Source: Negaprion brevirostris (taxonomy: Eukaryota). Taken from it: a DNA stretch of 64,000 bases. A program made the position numbers and the translations under genes. Where the stretch lies: contig JARDVH010000140.1 in NCBI GenBank assembly GCA_030324005.1, positions 17,423,070-17,487,069 on the forward strand, written 5' to 3'. Every line of letters starts with the position of its first letter. Within the stretch, counting starts at the first letter, position 1. The notes below the pieces were generated by a model. The model saw only the letters and a program-made list of their open reading frames with translations. It searched no databases and was not told the origin of the DNA. This document shows, in pieces, positions 12,833-26,073 of the stretch.

Positions 12833-14204
12833 CTGATGAATCGAAAAGATAAAATATTCAATAAAAACAGTAAATTACAAGTACTGTAGTACATTAGCTT
12901 ACTTGCGCAACTCCATTTATGATGCAACAGCATTTCACTTACAAGAAATGGCAGAATCAGTCTCGGGTCTTGTGTTAAACAGGCTTAGCTAGAGTAGTGT
13001 CTCTATGAAAAATGTAGGGTGCAACAGTGGGGATATGCAAAGCCTGAAAGAGTAGTAGAAACAGATTGAATAATACATTTCAAAAGGGACTTGCTTAAGT
13101 ACTCATGAGGGAGAACCATTTGTAATGCTACAGAAGAGTTATTGGATCTTTCTTCCAAAAAACGGACAGAGAAATGATAGGCTGAACGACATCCTGTGCT
13201 GTCATTCTGATTTTTACGGTTTTGTTTCACTTCAGTCTGGAACACTGATCTTCTATTTGTGGACATCTGCAAAGGACTGGAATAAATTTGGCTACAATGC
13301 CCTCTGATGGCCAAACAGCCCACCAATCTTCATTGTCTTAAAAAATAAGACTTTAAACCTGTGGAATCACGTGCACGCATTTTTTTGCAAGTAATGATGT
13401 GAAATAAAATGAGTGGGAGATTATTATTCATTGAATTAGTGTATTCACTACACACTATAAGCCCAATTTTCATGTGTTACAATGACAAACATTAAGGTGT
13501 TTCAGTGCTTTGAACCATTTATAAATATATCCAAATTTAGATGAATTACACCTTTAATGCAGACAAAAACTGCTCAATTTGAACCATTCCAAGGTATTAA
13601 ATATTTTGTAGTTTAGAACATTTTAATCCCTCAATTCACACTTCCGTAATATATTTCACGCTTCCACTCTATTAAGTGGAACCTTTAAGGTAATGTAGCG
13701 AGTCCAAAAATTGCAATCAACTGAAGCGTTGGCACACTGAATCACACGATAGAGAACAGATGGCTGGGAGAGTACAGTGTCTTTAAAAAAATTGGTTGAT
13801 ATCTTAAACCAAGAGAGCAGAGCTTGACAGATTTACAATCCAATTCTCAACTGCATGGGGCAGCCTTGAACATACATCTTTTTTTTTAAACTGACGAGGT
13901 AATGGCACCAGCGAAGTAGCAAATTTTTCTTCACTCTATCATGTGATTTTTGTGTACTGCAAACTCAGACTATGCGGCTCAACCAGATTAAAATACTGTG
14001 CACTGGTGGCTGTTTTTTGAAAAATAAATGGCATTGAATGGCGGCGTGCATAATCGGCGTAAACTAATAAATTTGAAAATCTTAAGGTATTGGCTATAAT
14101 CAGTTTTCAATTTGGCAAATAAAAGTTGAGCTTGCTGACGTGAAAGAATACCTTAATTTATTCTCTTTTCCCCAAAAATCTAGCTCCTAGAGGGATGATA
14201 CCAG

Positions 14205-14430
14205 AAATCCAGATACTCAGTTGGCTGAACAGCTGGTTTGTGATGCAGAGCAACTCCAACAACACAGGGTTCAATTTCTGTACCAGCTGAGGTTATTCCA
14301 CTCTTCTCAGCCATGCCCTTCACTTGAGGGTGAGAGATCCTCAGGTTAAACCACCATCAGTCAGCTCTCTCCCTAAAAAGGGAGAGTAGCTTATGGTCAT
14401 CTGGGGCTATGATGACTTTACCATTTAATT
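14205..14430 (+). mobile_element. tRNA-derived SINE
   Basis: A-box-like ctcagttgg and B-box-like gggttcaatttc, body ctcaggttaaaccacc, tail ctatgatgactttacc; a related copy in opposite orientation lies at about 31420-31625. Confidence 0.7.
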
Positions 14431-14587
14431 GAAAATAGTAGAAACAAAAAGAATGTAAAGTAGGTTAGTCAGTATCTGAAAGATCATCAAAATGGTTTTC
14501 TAGCTGGTGCTGAGTGGCCTACTTAATTTAGATTGATAATGAAATGCTCCGAATTATGGAACATTGTTATTCCATAACAAACATTAC

Positions 14588-14674
14588 CGGGTGAAAGAAA
14601 TTGGCCTGTGCTCCCAGGGACAGTAGCCTGAGACATGTCTCCAGATTCCCTGTTCGCACGCTGGAGTGTAGTTG
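14588..14674 (-). CDS. GIT1: GIT1 coding exon 5 (87 nt): QLHSSVRTGNLETCLRLLSLGAQANFFHP
   Basis: gtaacag|CAA CTA CAC...CAC CCG|gtaatg; phase 0/0. Not in the ORF track. Confidence 0.97.
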
Positions 14675-14959
14675 CTGTTACAAGACAAAAGAATATAAAG
14701 CTTAGTTAAAAATTACTGTAATAATTCAATTTTAACATTTTGGAACAGTCAGATGTTTGTGATATCATCAAGAAGGGACTCTGTTTAAGACATTTGTTCA
14801 ATTATTCCAAATTTCTAGTTACTTATACACACACTCACTGGAGCAGAGTTTTTGACATGGGGGAAACTTTGCTTTCCATGTTACCTAATGTTTATAATCT
14901 GTGTTTCCAGTGACAACTCTGCCACACAAAATAATTAGGGTTTTGTCAGAGCCACTCAG

Positions 14960-15880
14960 TGCCTTATCTCCTTACAGCTTTGTTCCAAAATGGACAAAAA
15001 CGTTGAGGTCCAGAGTGAAGTGAGAATGACCACCCATGACATGAAGAGAACATCTGATCAAGTGTGGCATCAAGGAGCTCTAAGTCAACCATCTTAGTAC
15101 TGGGTCATCACTTCTGGAGTTCCACAGGATCCTAGGCCCAATCATCTTCAGCTATTTCATTAATGGCTTTCCCTTCATCATAAGGTTAAGAGTGGAAATG
15201 ATCGCACAATGTTCAGAATGATTCCTCAGATACTGAAGCAGGCTGTGTTTATATGCAGCAAGGCTTGGACAATATCGGCCTGATAAGTGGCATGCAACAT
15301 TCACATCACGCAAATGCCAGGCAATGACCATCTCCAACAAGAGAGAACCTGACCATCTCCCCATGACATTCAATGGCATTACCATCATCAAATCTCCTAT
15401 CATCTGGGGGGTGGTGGTACCACTGACTAGAAACTGAACTGGACCAGTCAATTAAATAATGTGGCCACAAAAGCAGTCCGAGGCTGTGAATCTTGTAGCA
15501 TGTAACTCATCTCCCGACTCTTCAAAGCTTGTCTACCAGCTACAGGGAACGTTGGGAGCGTGATGGAATATTCTTCACTTGCTTGGATAAGTACGGCTCC
15601 AACAACACTAAAAGCTTAACACCATCCAGGAGAAAGCAGCCCTCTTGATAGACAGCCCTTCCACCACCAATGATACACAGTGTTGCAATGTGTGCCTTAC
15701 AAGGTGCACTTCAGCAAATCACCAATCTTCTATCCCAGCATCTTCCACAATCTCTAACACCAAGAACAAGGGCAGCTGATGCATGGAACACTAGCACCTG
15801 CAAACAACAAACCTTCCTGACTTGAAACTAAGCCATCAATCCTTCACAATGACTAAAGTCCTGGAACTATCTTCATAATT
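14960..15880 (+). mobile_element. CR1/L2-group LINE RT fragment (second family)
   Basis: Degenerate RT segments (cctaggcccaatcatcttcagc, aagtggcatgcaacattc) and the same 3' body as the 9260 copy. Confidence 0.75.
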
Positions 15881-15884
15881 GTGG

Positions 15885-16292
15885 GGGCTCCTCTTATGAG
15901 AAAAGACTGAGGGATTTGAGGCTGTTTTCATTAGAGAGATGATGATTAAGAGGCGACTTAACAGAGGCGTATAAGATGATCAGAGGATTAGATAGGGGGG
16001 GCAGTGAGAACTTTTTTCCTCGGATGGAGATGGCTAGCACGAGAAGGCATAGCTTTAAATTGAGGGGTGATAGATACAGGACAGATGTCAGAGGTAGGTT
16101 CTTTACTCAGAGTAGTAAGAGAGCGAATGCCCTGCCTGCAACAGTAGTGGATTTGCCATCATTAAAGGCATTTAAATGGTCATTGGATAAACTTATGGAT
16201 GATATTGGAATAGTGTAGGTTAGATGGGCTTTAGATTGGTTTTCACAACATCAGGGGTTGAAGGATCCAAACTGCGCTGTAATGTTCTATAT
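15885..16292 (+). mobile_element. CR1 (HER1-like) LINE 3' end
   Basis: ORF 15976-16218 MIRGLDR...FKLRGDRYRTDVRGRFFTQ; close sister copy at 18243-18688. Confidence 0.9.
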
Positions 16293-18242
16293 TCAATCAG
16301 GTCCAATGGACTTGTCAACTTTTAACTTTCCCAGTACTTCTGTTCTTACAATCAGAATCACACAATACAGTACAGAAGAGGCCGTCAGCCTATTGAGTCT
16401 GCACTGACAAAACTACACTAAATCTACACTAATCCCACTTGTTAGCACTTGGTCCACAGCTGTGAATGTTATGACATTCTTACAATCATGGTTGTTTTAA
16501 GTTCCTCCCCCCTTTTCTGCCTCTTGATTTTCTATCCTTTGATTATGATAATTACAGCATCCTTTAACTAACTGAGCAGTAACCTAGAATCAGAACAGAG
16601 ACCCCATACTGCTCAGTTGGGTCGTGAGGATTGGATAGTTTGTGTGTTGTAAATATTTGGAATACTTTGTGTACTCACTGTATTTTGTCTTTATAACTTT
16701 GAATAAAATGAATATTGACTGAAGATGTGTGATGGTTTGAGAACTGGTGTTAATTTGTGAAATTGCAGGTTGCCCTGGTACATCGATTGGTTCACTTCAC
16801 CCAGTGAGTTACTGGGGATCTTTGTATCCTGCATTAAATCAATATGGAAGAGTAAGACCTCATTACCTCTTTATCATGAGCAATGAGCTGTGTTTTGACG
16901 TGACCAGAGACCAGATTAACGCGGCCCAGTACCTGTCCTGTCTCCAGACCCCAGATGGTACAAGTCGTGTCTATGCTGGAAGTACCTGCAGGGGAAAGAA
17001 CAGTAGTTATAAATCTGACCATTTTAGGAGCAAGAAAATGGTGTTAACTCCAAACAAGTGTAGCCCCTTCTGCCCCCCAAACTTTTTTGAGAGATCCCTC
17101 AATCCTTTCCATTACAACAAAATGTGTTTCTTTAACCCATTTGTGTTGCTCATTTCAACACTTTTTATCAATAATTCCAAAACTCTATTACTCTTTTGGA
17201 AAAAAGAGCCCATGACATTCCCTTTTTACTCATCAGCTTCATAGTTTTTCCATTTGCTTCCTATTATATGGGATTTGAATTCCGTTTGTCAATTATTTGC
17301 CGGGATCAATTTTGGTCAATTCCCTTTACAGCCTTTGTCAGTGGCAGATACACCCAGCTGGGAACAGAAGTTTCAGTTAAAAAGTCAAACAGTGCATGTA
17401 TTTGCCAGGACTAAAGGGGTAATGAAGATAGAAAAGTTCAAATATAAAAGGTGGCAGTGACATTGCGTAACAGCACGTCTCCATGTATAGAACAGTACAG
17501 CAAAGTACAGGCCCTTCNNNNNNNNNNNNNNNNNNNNNNNNNNNNNNNNNNNNNNNNNNNNNNNNNNNNNNNNNNNNNNNNNNNNNNNNNNNNNNNNNNN
17601 NNNNNNNNNNNNNNNNNCTTAATTTGTTGTTGTATTATTTTCTTTTCTACAGAAACACTAAAAAGAAAGAAACTCTTCTAAAAGAAGAAAATATGAAAAG
17701 TTGTGCTCCTCAACTTTGCACACATCATGACAAGATAATTAACTGAGAATTTTTAAACTCAATCTTGGTCATAATTACGGCTAAAGCAAGTTTATGACTT
17801 TGGCTATACTTTTTTTTTGGCATGGAAAGGCTTATGACCCTTCTACATATATACTGAATGAATGTGCAACTCAACTGTGTGTAAGTGTACCCAACATTCC
17901 TTTCAAGATGCTGACTAAAAATGAAAGCGGAACCATTTCCTCATGCCAAAGTCAACTGTTTAAGGTTCGCATTGGATGATACTGCTTTTCAGAGTCTGTT
18001 GGACCAATGGGGAATAGGATACAAAACGTTCTGCTAAATTATGCATTAAAACTAGTTGCTCATGCGCCCAAGAGTGATGATGTAAAAACAAGATGAGATG
18101 AGATAATGGCAAGAATTTTATGGAGGCCAAGGTTTTTCAGCCACTGGGGTAGGCCCACCATATTACGAGCCAATCAGGCAATTAACTGGTGACAGGTAGC
18201 CTTTCTACAGCGTCAGGGGCCCAGAATGGAAAGTCCAACTGG

Positions 18243-18688
18243 AAGCATTGGAAAGGGTGCAGAGGAGATTTATCAGGATGTTGCCTGGTATGGTGGGAAG
18301 ATCTTATGAGGAAATGTTGAGGGGCTTGGCACTCTTTTCATTAGAGAGAAGGTTAAGAGGTGAATTAATAGAGACATATAAGATGATCAGAGGATTAGAT
18401 AGGGAGGACAGTGAGAACCTTTTTCCTAGAATGTAGATAGCTAGCACGAGGGGACATAACTTTAAATTGAGGGGTGATAAGATATAGGACAGATGTCAGA
18501 GGTAGGGGCGTGAATTGCCATGCCTGCAACAGTAGTGGACTCGCCAACATTAAATGGGCACTTAAATGGTCATTGGATAAACATATGGATGATATTGGAA
18601 TAGTGTAGGTTAGATGTGCTTTAGATTGGTTTCACAGGTCGACGCAACAACGAGGGCCGAAGGGCCTGTACTGCGCTATAATGTTCAG
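18243..18688 (+). mobile_element. CR1 (HER1-like) LINE 3' end
   Basis: ORF 18248-18436 ERVQRRFIRMLPGM...LFSLERRLRGELIETYKMIRGLDR. Confidence 0.9.
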
Positions 18689-19149
18689 TAACACACGGAC
18701 TGTAGAAATTTAAGGCAGCAGCACACCATCTTCTCAAGGGATGGGCAATAAATGCCGACCTGGCCAGCAGCCCATGAACAAATATAGAATATAACATGCC
18801 ATTTCCCAAGATGGATATTGAACCAGATTAAAATGCAAGAACTATCCAACAAAGCGAAAAACTCAACAGTTCTTTTTAGACAACCGCAATAGTTTATTTC
18901 TTCAAAATGAGATAACTGATTTTTTTCTATGATCAGACCCTGATTTTAAGTGCATAGTACAGGTTTAACTGCTTTCAAACAAATGCACTGTTTTCAGAAT
19001 TCTCTGGCAATACCACTCAATGTTGAAACTTCTGTTTATTCTATCTGGATAATTACTTCCACTTTCAAATTTGAAACGAGAATTTTGATAAAAAATACTT
19101 GATCAGGCAGCATGTTTTAGCTTTAGAGCTTGGAGCATTGTTTAGCCAC

Positions 19150-21812
19150 CCTTTAGAGAACCTGGAGTTGGGGACCAGGTGTAGTATGTCAAAGTTTGCA
19201 GAAGACACCAAGATGAGTGGCAGAGCAAAACATGGAGAGGACACTGAAAATCTGCAGAAGGATATAGATAATATAAGTCAGTGAGTAAGGGTTTGGTAGA
19301 CGGAGTACAACATGGGTAAATGTGAGGCCATCCATTTTGGTAGGAATAACAACAAAACAGACCATTTAAATGGCAAAAAATTGCAGCATGCTGCTGCGCA
19401 GGGACCTCGGGCATGAATCTCAAAAAGTTGGTTTGCAGATGTAACAGATAACTATGGCTGCAAATGGAATTTTGTCCTTCATTGCTAGAGGGATGGAGTT
19501 TAAAAACAGCAAGGTTATGTTGCAGCTATATAAGGTGCTAATGAGACCACTCCCTTGGAGTACTATGTACAGTTTTGATCTCCTTACTTGAAGGGTGCAC
19601 TGGAGCTGGAGAGGGAGGTTCACTAGGCCGATTCCAGAGTGGAGAGGGTTGGCTTATGGAGAAGAGAGAGACTATATTTACTGGAATTTACAAGAATGTA
19701 CGAATATAAAATTACAAAGGAAATAGATAAAATAGAAGCGAGGAAGTTGTTTCCACTGGCAAGTGAAACTAGAACTAGGGGGCACTGGCTTAAAATAAGA
19801 GGAAGCAAATTTAGGACTGAGTTGAGGGAAAATTTCTTCACCCAAATGGTTGTGAATCTGTGGAATTCTATAGACCCTGGAACAGTCCCTGCAGATTGGA
19901 GGGTAGCTAATGTCACTCCAATATTCAAAAAAAGAGGTAGAGAGAAAACAGGGAATTATAGACCAGTAAGCTTAACATCTGTTGTGAGGAAAATTCTGGA
20001 ATCCATTATCAAGGACTTAATAGCAGAACATTTAAAAAGCAGCGGCAGGATCAGACAGAGTCAGCATTGATTTATGAAGGGAAAATCATGCTCGACAGAT
20101 TCTGTTGGAATTCTTTGAAGATGTAACTAGTAGAATTGACAAGGGGGAGCCAGTAGATGTGGTAAATTTGGACTAAGAAAACATTTGACAAAGTCCCACA
20201 TAAGAGATTATCATGCAAGATTAAAGCATATGGGATTGGGGGAAGTGTATTGCGATGGATAGAAAACTGGTTGGCAGAGAGGAAAATCAAAAGCTTAATC
20301 CTGCTTTCTCCCCATAACCTTTGGTCCCATTCGCCCCAAGTGCTACATCCGGCTGCCTCTTGAATACATTCAATATTTTCGTATCAACTATTTCCTGTGA
20401 TAATGAATTTCACAGACTCACCACCCTTTGGGTGAAGGAATGTCTCCTCGCCTCCATCCTAAATGGTCTATCCTGAATCCTCAGACTGTGACCCCTGGTC
20501 TGGACACCCCCACCATTGGGGGCATCCTCCCTGCATTTACCCTGTATAGTCCTGTTAGAATTTTATAACTTTGAGATCCTCTGATGAGGGAAGAATAGAA
20601 ATTAATGGGTCCTTTTCAAATGGGCAGGCTGTAACTAGTGGGGTGCCACAGCCATCGGTGCTGGGACCCCACTATTCACAATAAATACTAATGATTTGGA
20701 TGAGGAAACAAAATGTAACATCTCAAAGTTTGCAGATGATACCAAGTTGGGTGGGAGAGTGAACAGTTATGAGGATACAATAGTCCTTCAGTATGATCTG
20801 GATAGGTTGGGTGAGTGGGCGAATCAATGGTAGGTGCAGTATAATTTGGATAAATTCAAGGTTATTCACTTTGGAAGCAAAAACAAGGCGGTAGATTACT
20901 ACCTGTATGGCTGTAAATTGGGAGAGGGAAGTGTGCAGCAGGACCTGGGTATCCTTGTGCATCAGTCGCTGAAGGTAAGCATGTAGATGCAGCAGGCAGC
21001 AAAGGCGACAAATCATATGTTGGCCTTCAGAGCGAGAGGTTTTGCGTATGGGAGCAGGGATGTGTTGTTGCAATTAACACCTAGAATAGTGTGTGCAATT
21101 TTGGTCTCTTTCTGAGGAAGGATGTTCTTGTTTGAGGGTGTCCAGCGAGGTTTACCAGAATGATTCCAGGGATGGCAGGACTGATGTATCAGAGATTGAC
21201 TAGGTTGGGATTGTTTTTGCTGGAATTCAGATGAGGGAGGATCTCAAAGACTACTAGACAGGGTAAATGCATGGAGGATGTTCCCAACGTCCAGACCAGG
21301 GGTCACAATCTGAGGATTCAATGTAGACCATTTAGGACGTAGGTGAGGGGACATTTCTTCACCCGAAGTGTGGTGAGCTTGTGGAATTCATCACCATAGG
21401 AAGTAGTCGATGCCAAATCATTGAATGTATTCAAGAGGCGGCTAGACATAGCGTTTGAGGCGAATGGGATCAAAGGTTATGGGGAGAAAGCAGAATTAAG
21501 CTATTGAGTTGGATGATCAGCCATGATCTTGATGAATGGTGGAACAGACTCGATAGGCAGAATGGCCTCCTCCTGCTCCTATCTTCAATGTTTATGTGAG
21601 CTCCCTGCCCAGTGAAGCAGTTGAGGCTACCTCATTGAATGTTTTTAAGGCAAAGACAGATTTTTGAACAGTACAGGACTTAAGGGTTATGGTGAAGGGT
21701 TATGGTGAGCGGGCAGATAAGTGTCCACAAAATGATCAGCCATGATCTTATTGAATGCCGGAGTAGGCTCGAGGGGCCAGATAGCCTATCCCTGCTCCAC
21801 TTTCTTACGTAC
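19150..21812 (+). mobile_element. Nested CR1 cluster: A 19150-19870 plus 21601-21812; B about 19870-21597; inverted piece C about 20290-20582
   Basis: A: SKFAEDTKM...FFTQMVVNLWNS, resuming at ccctgcccagtgaagcag. B: VPADWRVANVTPIFKK...GNYRPVSLTS through to its own 3' tail. C: reverse-complement of a CR1 3' end. Confidence 0.85.
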
Positions 21813-23174
21813 TGTCTCCTTAGTCATGAATCACATACAACAGGATAAAAGATCCATATACATATTTTCTCCTTGTACATACACACATTATATTTCATTG
21901 ATGAGGATTAGCGATTATGAGCATGTAACTTCATCGTTGAAAAGTAAATAAAAACATTTTGTATATGCTTCCTGTACATCACATTAAATCTTCATTAGTG
22001 CAGTCGTTACTAGTTATAGGAATAAGCAGGGAACTATTTAAAGATTTGCAAAACCTTCTCCAGTAAAATGAAGATATTTTCCTGTGCCTCAATTGATCAA
22101 GGTATTCTCATTATAGATATTTTAATGAGATTTGCAGGATCCAACAAGGTCTGCTCCCATGAGCTTGTGCAGAATGACAATGCAATTTTCTTCCAATGCC
22201 CCAGGGTATGATAATAGCCTGCAATACTTCAGATTACAATCATGATGCTATGAAAAGTCTTCACTCAAAAATTTGAATGTGAAAGTGAAGTACTGTAAAT
22301 ATGATGAAGATGGATGCCCGAAGACCATCAATATTGATGAGTTGAGCGTTCTGCTGGTAACTGCACCGAAACACAAACAGTATGGTGACATGCTTTTATT
22401 ATTGGTATAGGAGTCCTTTCTTAAGAAAAATCAAAAGATTCTTTTTATCCTTTTTATTTATTGAACTTGTCGCTTCATTTCCAGGAAGTACATTTCTATG
22501 GTGTTAGCAATGCCCCAGAACCTCACTTAAGGGGGCCATTGTTCATGCACAAGGCCAACAGGCAAGTTTTTAATCATAGGCAAGAACCATACAGATGGGA
22601 CACAGGACAGTAAGTAGAGGCCAACCCTTTATTAAAACACATCTCTGACTGAAGCTAACTGCAGTGGACTCAATTATTTACTGAATTGTGCAAGTTGCCA
22701 AAAATGTTACTCAAAACTAACTCCTTCTGATTGGTTTTGAGAAGCTGAACTGCCTGAAGTGGTAAATGGACACAAACATTCGAGGCATCCATGATCAAAA
22801 GTAGTACAAAAAAGTATTAATACTTGACTAAAACGGCCTCTAAAGGAGTGAAGTTTACATGGGTGATACTTTAGAAAAGAAACAGTGAACATACTGCAAT
22901 TGAACAGCAATCACTGGGTACTGAATAAAGTAGAGTGATTTGGCGTACAATTGGAGGGGACATTGCAGAAGACCGACCAGAATTTTATACTTTAAGCCTG
23001 CCAACAAAGGTCTACAATGAAAAAAGGGGAATTGTTCAACCAAGAGATCAAGTTGTGTGACATCTTAACAATCTTAATTTTAATTTCCAAATTTAGTCTA
23101 AATTTTGAAAAATAGATCTAATTTCGTCACTGTGGTATTGCAGCTACAAGTAATACTTGTTCAAGATACCTCAC

Positions 23175-23280
23175 CTTACTCAGGTCTTTAGTGGTAACAC
23201 CGTCGTCATCACGACAAGGCAGTTTGTGGACAAATGCCAACATTTGATATTTGGCTCGTATGAATTCTGCCTTGGTGGGG
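23175..23280 (-). CDS. GIT1: GIT1 coding exon 4 (106 nt): (H)PTKAEFIRAKYQMLAFVHKLPCRDDDGVTTKDLSK
   Basis: aaaccaag|C CCC ACC AAG...AGT AAG|gtgagg; within ORF 23127-23321. Confidence 0.97.
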
Positions 23281-23731
23281 CTTGGTTTAAAAGAAAGACA
23301 TAAAAAGGCACATTTTAGCAATGATATAATTGCAATCTCAATAAGTTTGTTACAATTTCACAGTCAGTCACAAGGTCAGACCCATCACTACCATGACTGT
23401 ACACACCGGAAATCACTATTTCAAGATCCACAGGAAAAGATCAACAGCAATTTATCTATTAGTTATAATTCCCAAATAACAGGATGAAATTCCTATGAAT
23501 CAGATCCATATAATAATGAAATTTAAGGTAATCTATGTAAATTGTACACATCCTGAAATTTTCATTTAAAGATAATTTGTTGAATGGACTAATCACATTT
23601 TGGAACAAAAATCAGCTACTACTTGTTTGAAAAGGGTGGGGAGCAAACAGATTTCACTGAAAAGAGAATGGTCTGTATTTATGCAATTTCAGTACAGCAG
23701 CCTTGTATTTTAAAAGGCCAGTGGAACTCAC

Positions 23732-23844
23732 TGTACTTTATCCTGAGGGTTTGGTTTGCGCCGTCCACTTTGCACTTGGGCTGGATCAAGCAGCGAATGT
23801 TCCCAGATTGAGTTGGCTCCATTACTTGCTAAGGTCTGCACCAT
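23732..23844 (-). CDS. GIT1: GIT1 coding exon 3 (113 nt): MVQTLASNGANSIWEHSLLDPAQVQSGRRKPNPQDKV(H)
   Basis: ttttag|ATG GTG CAG ACC...AAA GTA CA|gtgagt; ArfGAP domain. Not in the ORF track. Confidence 0.97.
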
Positions 23845-24367
23845 CTAAAATCAGGTTAAATGAAGATAATCATTTAGAAATCGTTTTTAAAGACAAAAAA
23901 TTTACTTTTGTGGTCAGATAGTTCATTCATTTGATGAGCTGAAGTACTTTTGTCTGATGATGGGGTGTTAGAAACTTTATCAGCGACCAGGCATAAGGGT
24001 GCCAATATGTCAACATTCTGGGACACGGAGTGAAGGAACAAGGATTTTCACCATTAACTTTGTCACTACACAGCAAATTTTTGAGATCCGTTTGCCCTGA
24101 GTTGTCAAGTCACCCAGCAGCTGCTCCCAGCAGGAAGTTAGAACATAGAACACTACAGCACAAACAGGCCCTTGGGCCCACTAGTTGCATCGATCACTTC
24201 TATACCTACTAAGCCATAGACCTATCTATAACCCCCAATCCCATTAGATCCCATATACTCATCCAGANNNNNNNNNNNNNNNNNNNNNNNNNNNNNNNNN
24301 NNNNNNNNNNNNNNNNNNNNNNNNNNNNNNNNNNNNNNNNNNNNNNNNNNNNNNNNNNNNNNNNNNN

Positions 24368-24645
24368 AGAGACAGACACACACAGAGACAGAGACAGACA
24401 CACACAGAGACAGAGACAGACACACACAGAGACAGAGACAGACAGACACACACACACACCACATTGAGAGAGTGCACGCACAAGACAGCCAGACAGAACG
24501 AGCGCAAGCGACAGCAGAGCAGCCACACAGTGGGGAGAGAGGGAGAGGGCATGGGAGACAGGGAGAGAGAGGGCATGCAAGAGAGCCAGACAGCTAGAGA
24601 AAGAGCCAGACGTAACCAGGAAGAGTAAAACCAGAAAGAGAAAAT
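24368..24645. repeat. Compound GA/CA microsatellite grading into a purine-rich low-complexity tract
   Basis: Repeated units such as gacagagacagacacacacaga next to an N gap, then GA-rich sequence. Confidence 0.85.
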
Positions 24646-24789
24646 GAAAACTGATTTCATTCACAGATGCACAGATATAGAGTCACATCATAAAGCACAA
24701 CACCATGCTGATTTTAGTGTAGGCGAGAGAAAGAATCTTATACCACTACTGATCGGATATGAATCAATATGGATCAACATGCAGCAGGA

Positions 24790-25073
24790 TGACACAGTCA
24801 TCGGCACTGCTGCCTCTCAGCGCGAGGGACCCAGGTTCAATTCCAGCTTTGGATGACTGTATGGAGTTTGCACTTTCTTCCCGTGGCTGTGTGGGTTTCC
24901 TCTGGTTTCCAGTTTCCTCTCAGCCCAAAGATGTGCAGGTTAGGTTGATTGGCCCCATGGTGCCATGGGGATTAGCAGGATAAATACGTGGGATTACAAG
25001 GAACCTGATTGTTGTTAGTGCAGGCTCGATGGGCTGATTGGCCTCTTTCTGCACTGCAGAGATTCTATGATTC
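24790..25073 (+). mobile_element. HE1/V-SINE-like SINE with CR1-type tail
   Basis: gcactgctgcctc..agcgcgagggacccaggttcaattcc tRNA head, V-domain tggagtttgcac...gggtttcctc...aaagatgtgcaggttagg, tail ggcctctttctgcactg...ttctatgattc. Confidence 0.85.
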
Positions 25074-25689
25074 AAAAATCTTTGCCAGCCTCTGCAAACA
25101 GTCTGTTCAAATCATTTATATAACAATCCTCCTCTCCCCCATGAAAAAAATAAGGTTTTTTTCTGGGAAAAGAATCACTAAAGAGAAGAGAACAGGAAAC
25201 CAAACAAGATAGCAGATTGATACAAGAAATTAGATTTACTAATCTTAGTGAAAATCAGTCCCATTTGAAAACCAAAAAATAGAATAAACCACTTTAATCA
25301 AGCAATTATGAAGAAACAAAAATATCTTCAACGTATTAGTTAAAACCTAAAGTTTACGTCATATTTAAAACTGAGAACTTCTTTCCAGCAAAGAAAAAAC
25401 ATGTAATCTGGGTAACCAAGGATAGATTGAAATTGACGGGGAAACAATACATTTGAATTATATCCACTTCATATTGCATACATGAGATTAGATGCTTAGA
25501 ATATACAGCACAGAAAATCTAGCCTTCCTGTCTTTTCACATCTAAATCTACCATCATAATCATATCACCTAGTCTCCCCTCAAATGTTGACCTGTTTCTA
25601 CTTTAAGCAATAGTGTAATTTGCTGGCACTTCCCATGTCCTAAAATTCATTCCATTTACATTCATTGTGGTGGATCTGAGAGTCCCGGT

Positions 25690-26073
25690 GGCACTTAGAA
25701 GAATGAGAGGTGATTTAATGGAAATGTACAATGCTCTAAAAGGGGTGCGACAAGATAGGCAACAGAGGTTTGTTCCCATGGTCTATGAATGGCAGAGCAC
25801 AGGTATGGGGCAGGTCATTTACAACTGAGATGAAGGGATTTTTCTTCAGAGGGTTATGAATCTTTCCAATTCTCCACATCAAAGAGGTTTGCAGATGCTC
25901 TAGGGTATGTTTAAGACAGAAATGGATGGATTTTTGGTCTCTCAGGGAATCAAAGGGTTTGGGGAGCAGACAGAATAGTGGAGCAGAAGCAGATCAGCCC
26001 TGATTATACTGAATGTTGGAACAAGTTCAAGGGGTCTTATGGTGCACTCCTGCTCCTATTTCTTATGTTCTTA
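25690..26073 (+). mobile_element. CR1 LINE 3' end
   Basis: agaagaatgagaggtgatttaatggaa...ctcctgctcctatttcttatgttctta tail. Confidence 0.8.

Noticed and set aside
14205-14300. tRNA genes at the SINE heads
   Set aside because: Only degenerate A/B boxes continuing into SINE bodies; no cloverleaf.
24209-24664. Cys/Val/Ser-rich ORFs on the - strand
   Set aside because: Translation of a microsatellite and an N gap.
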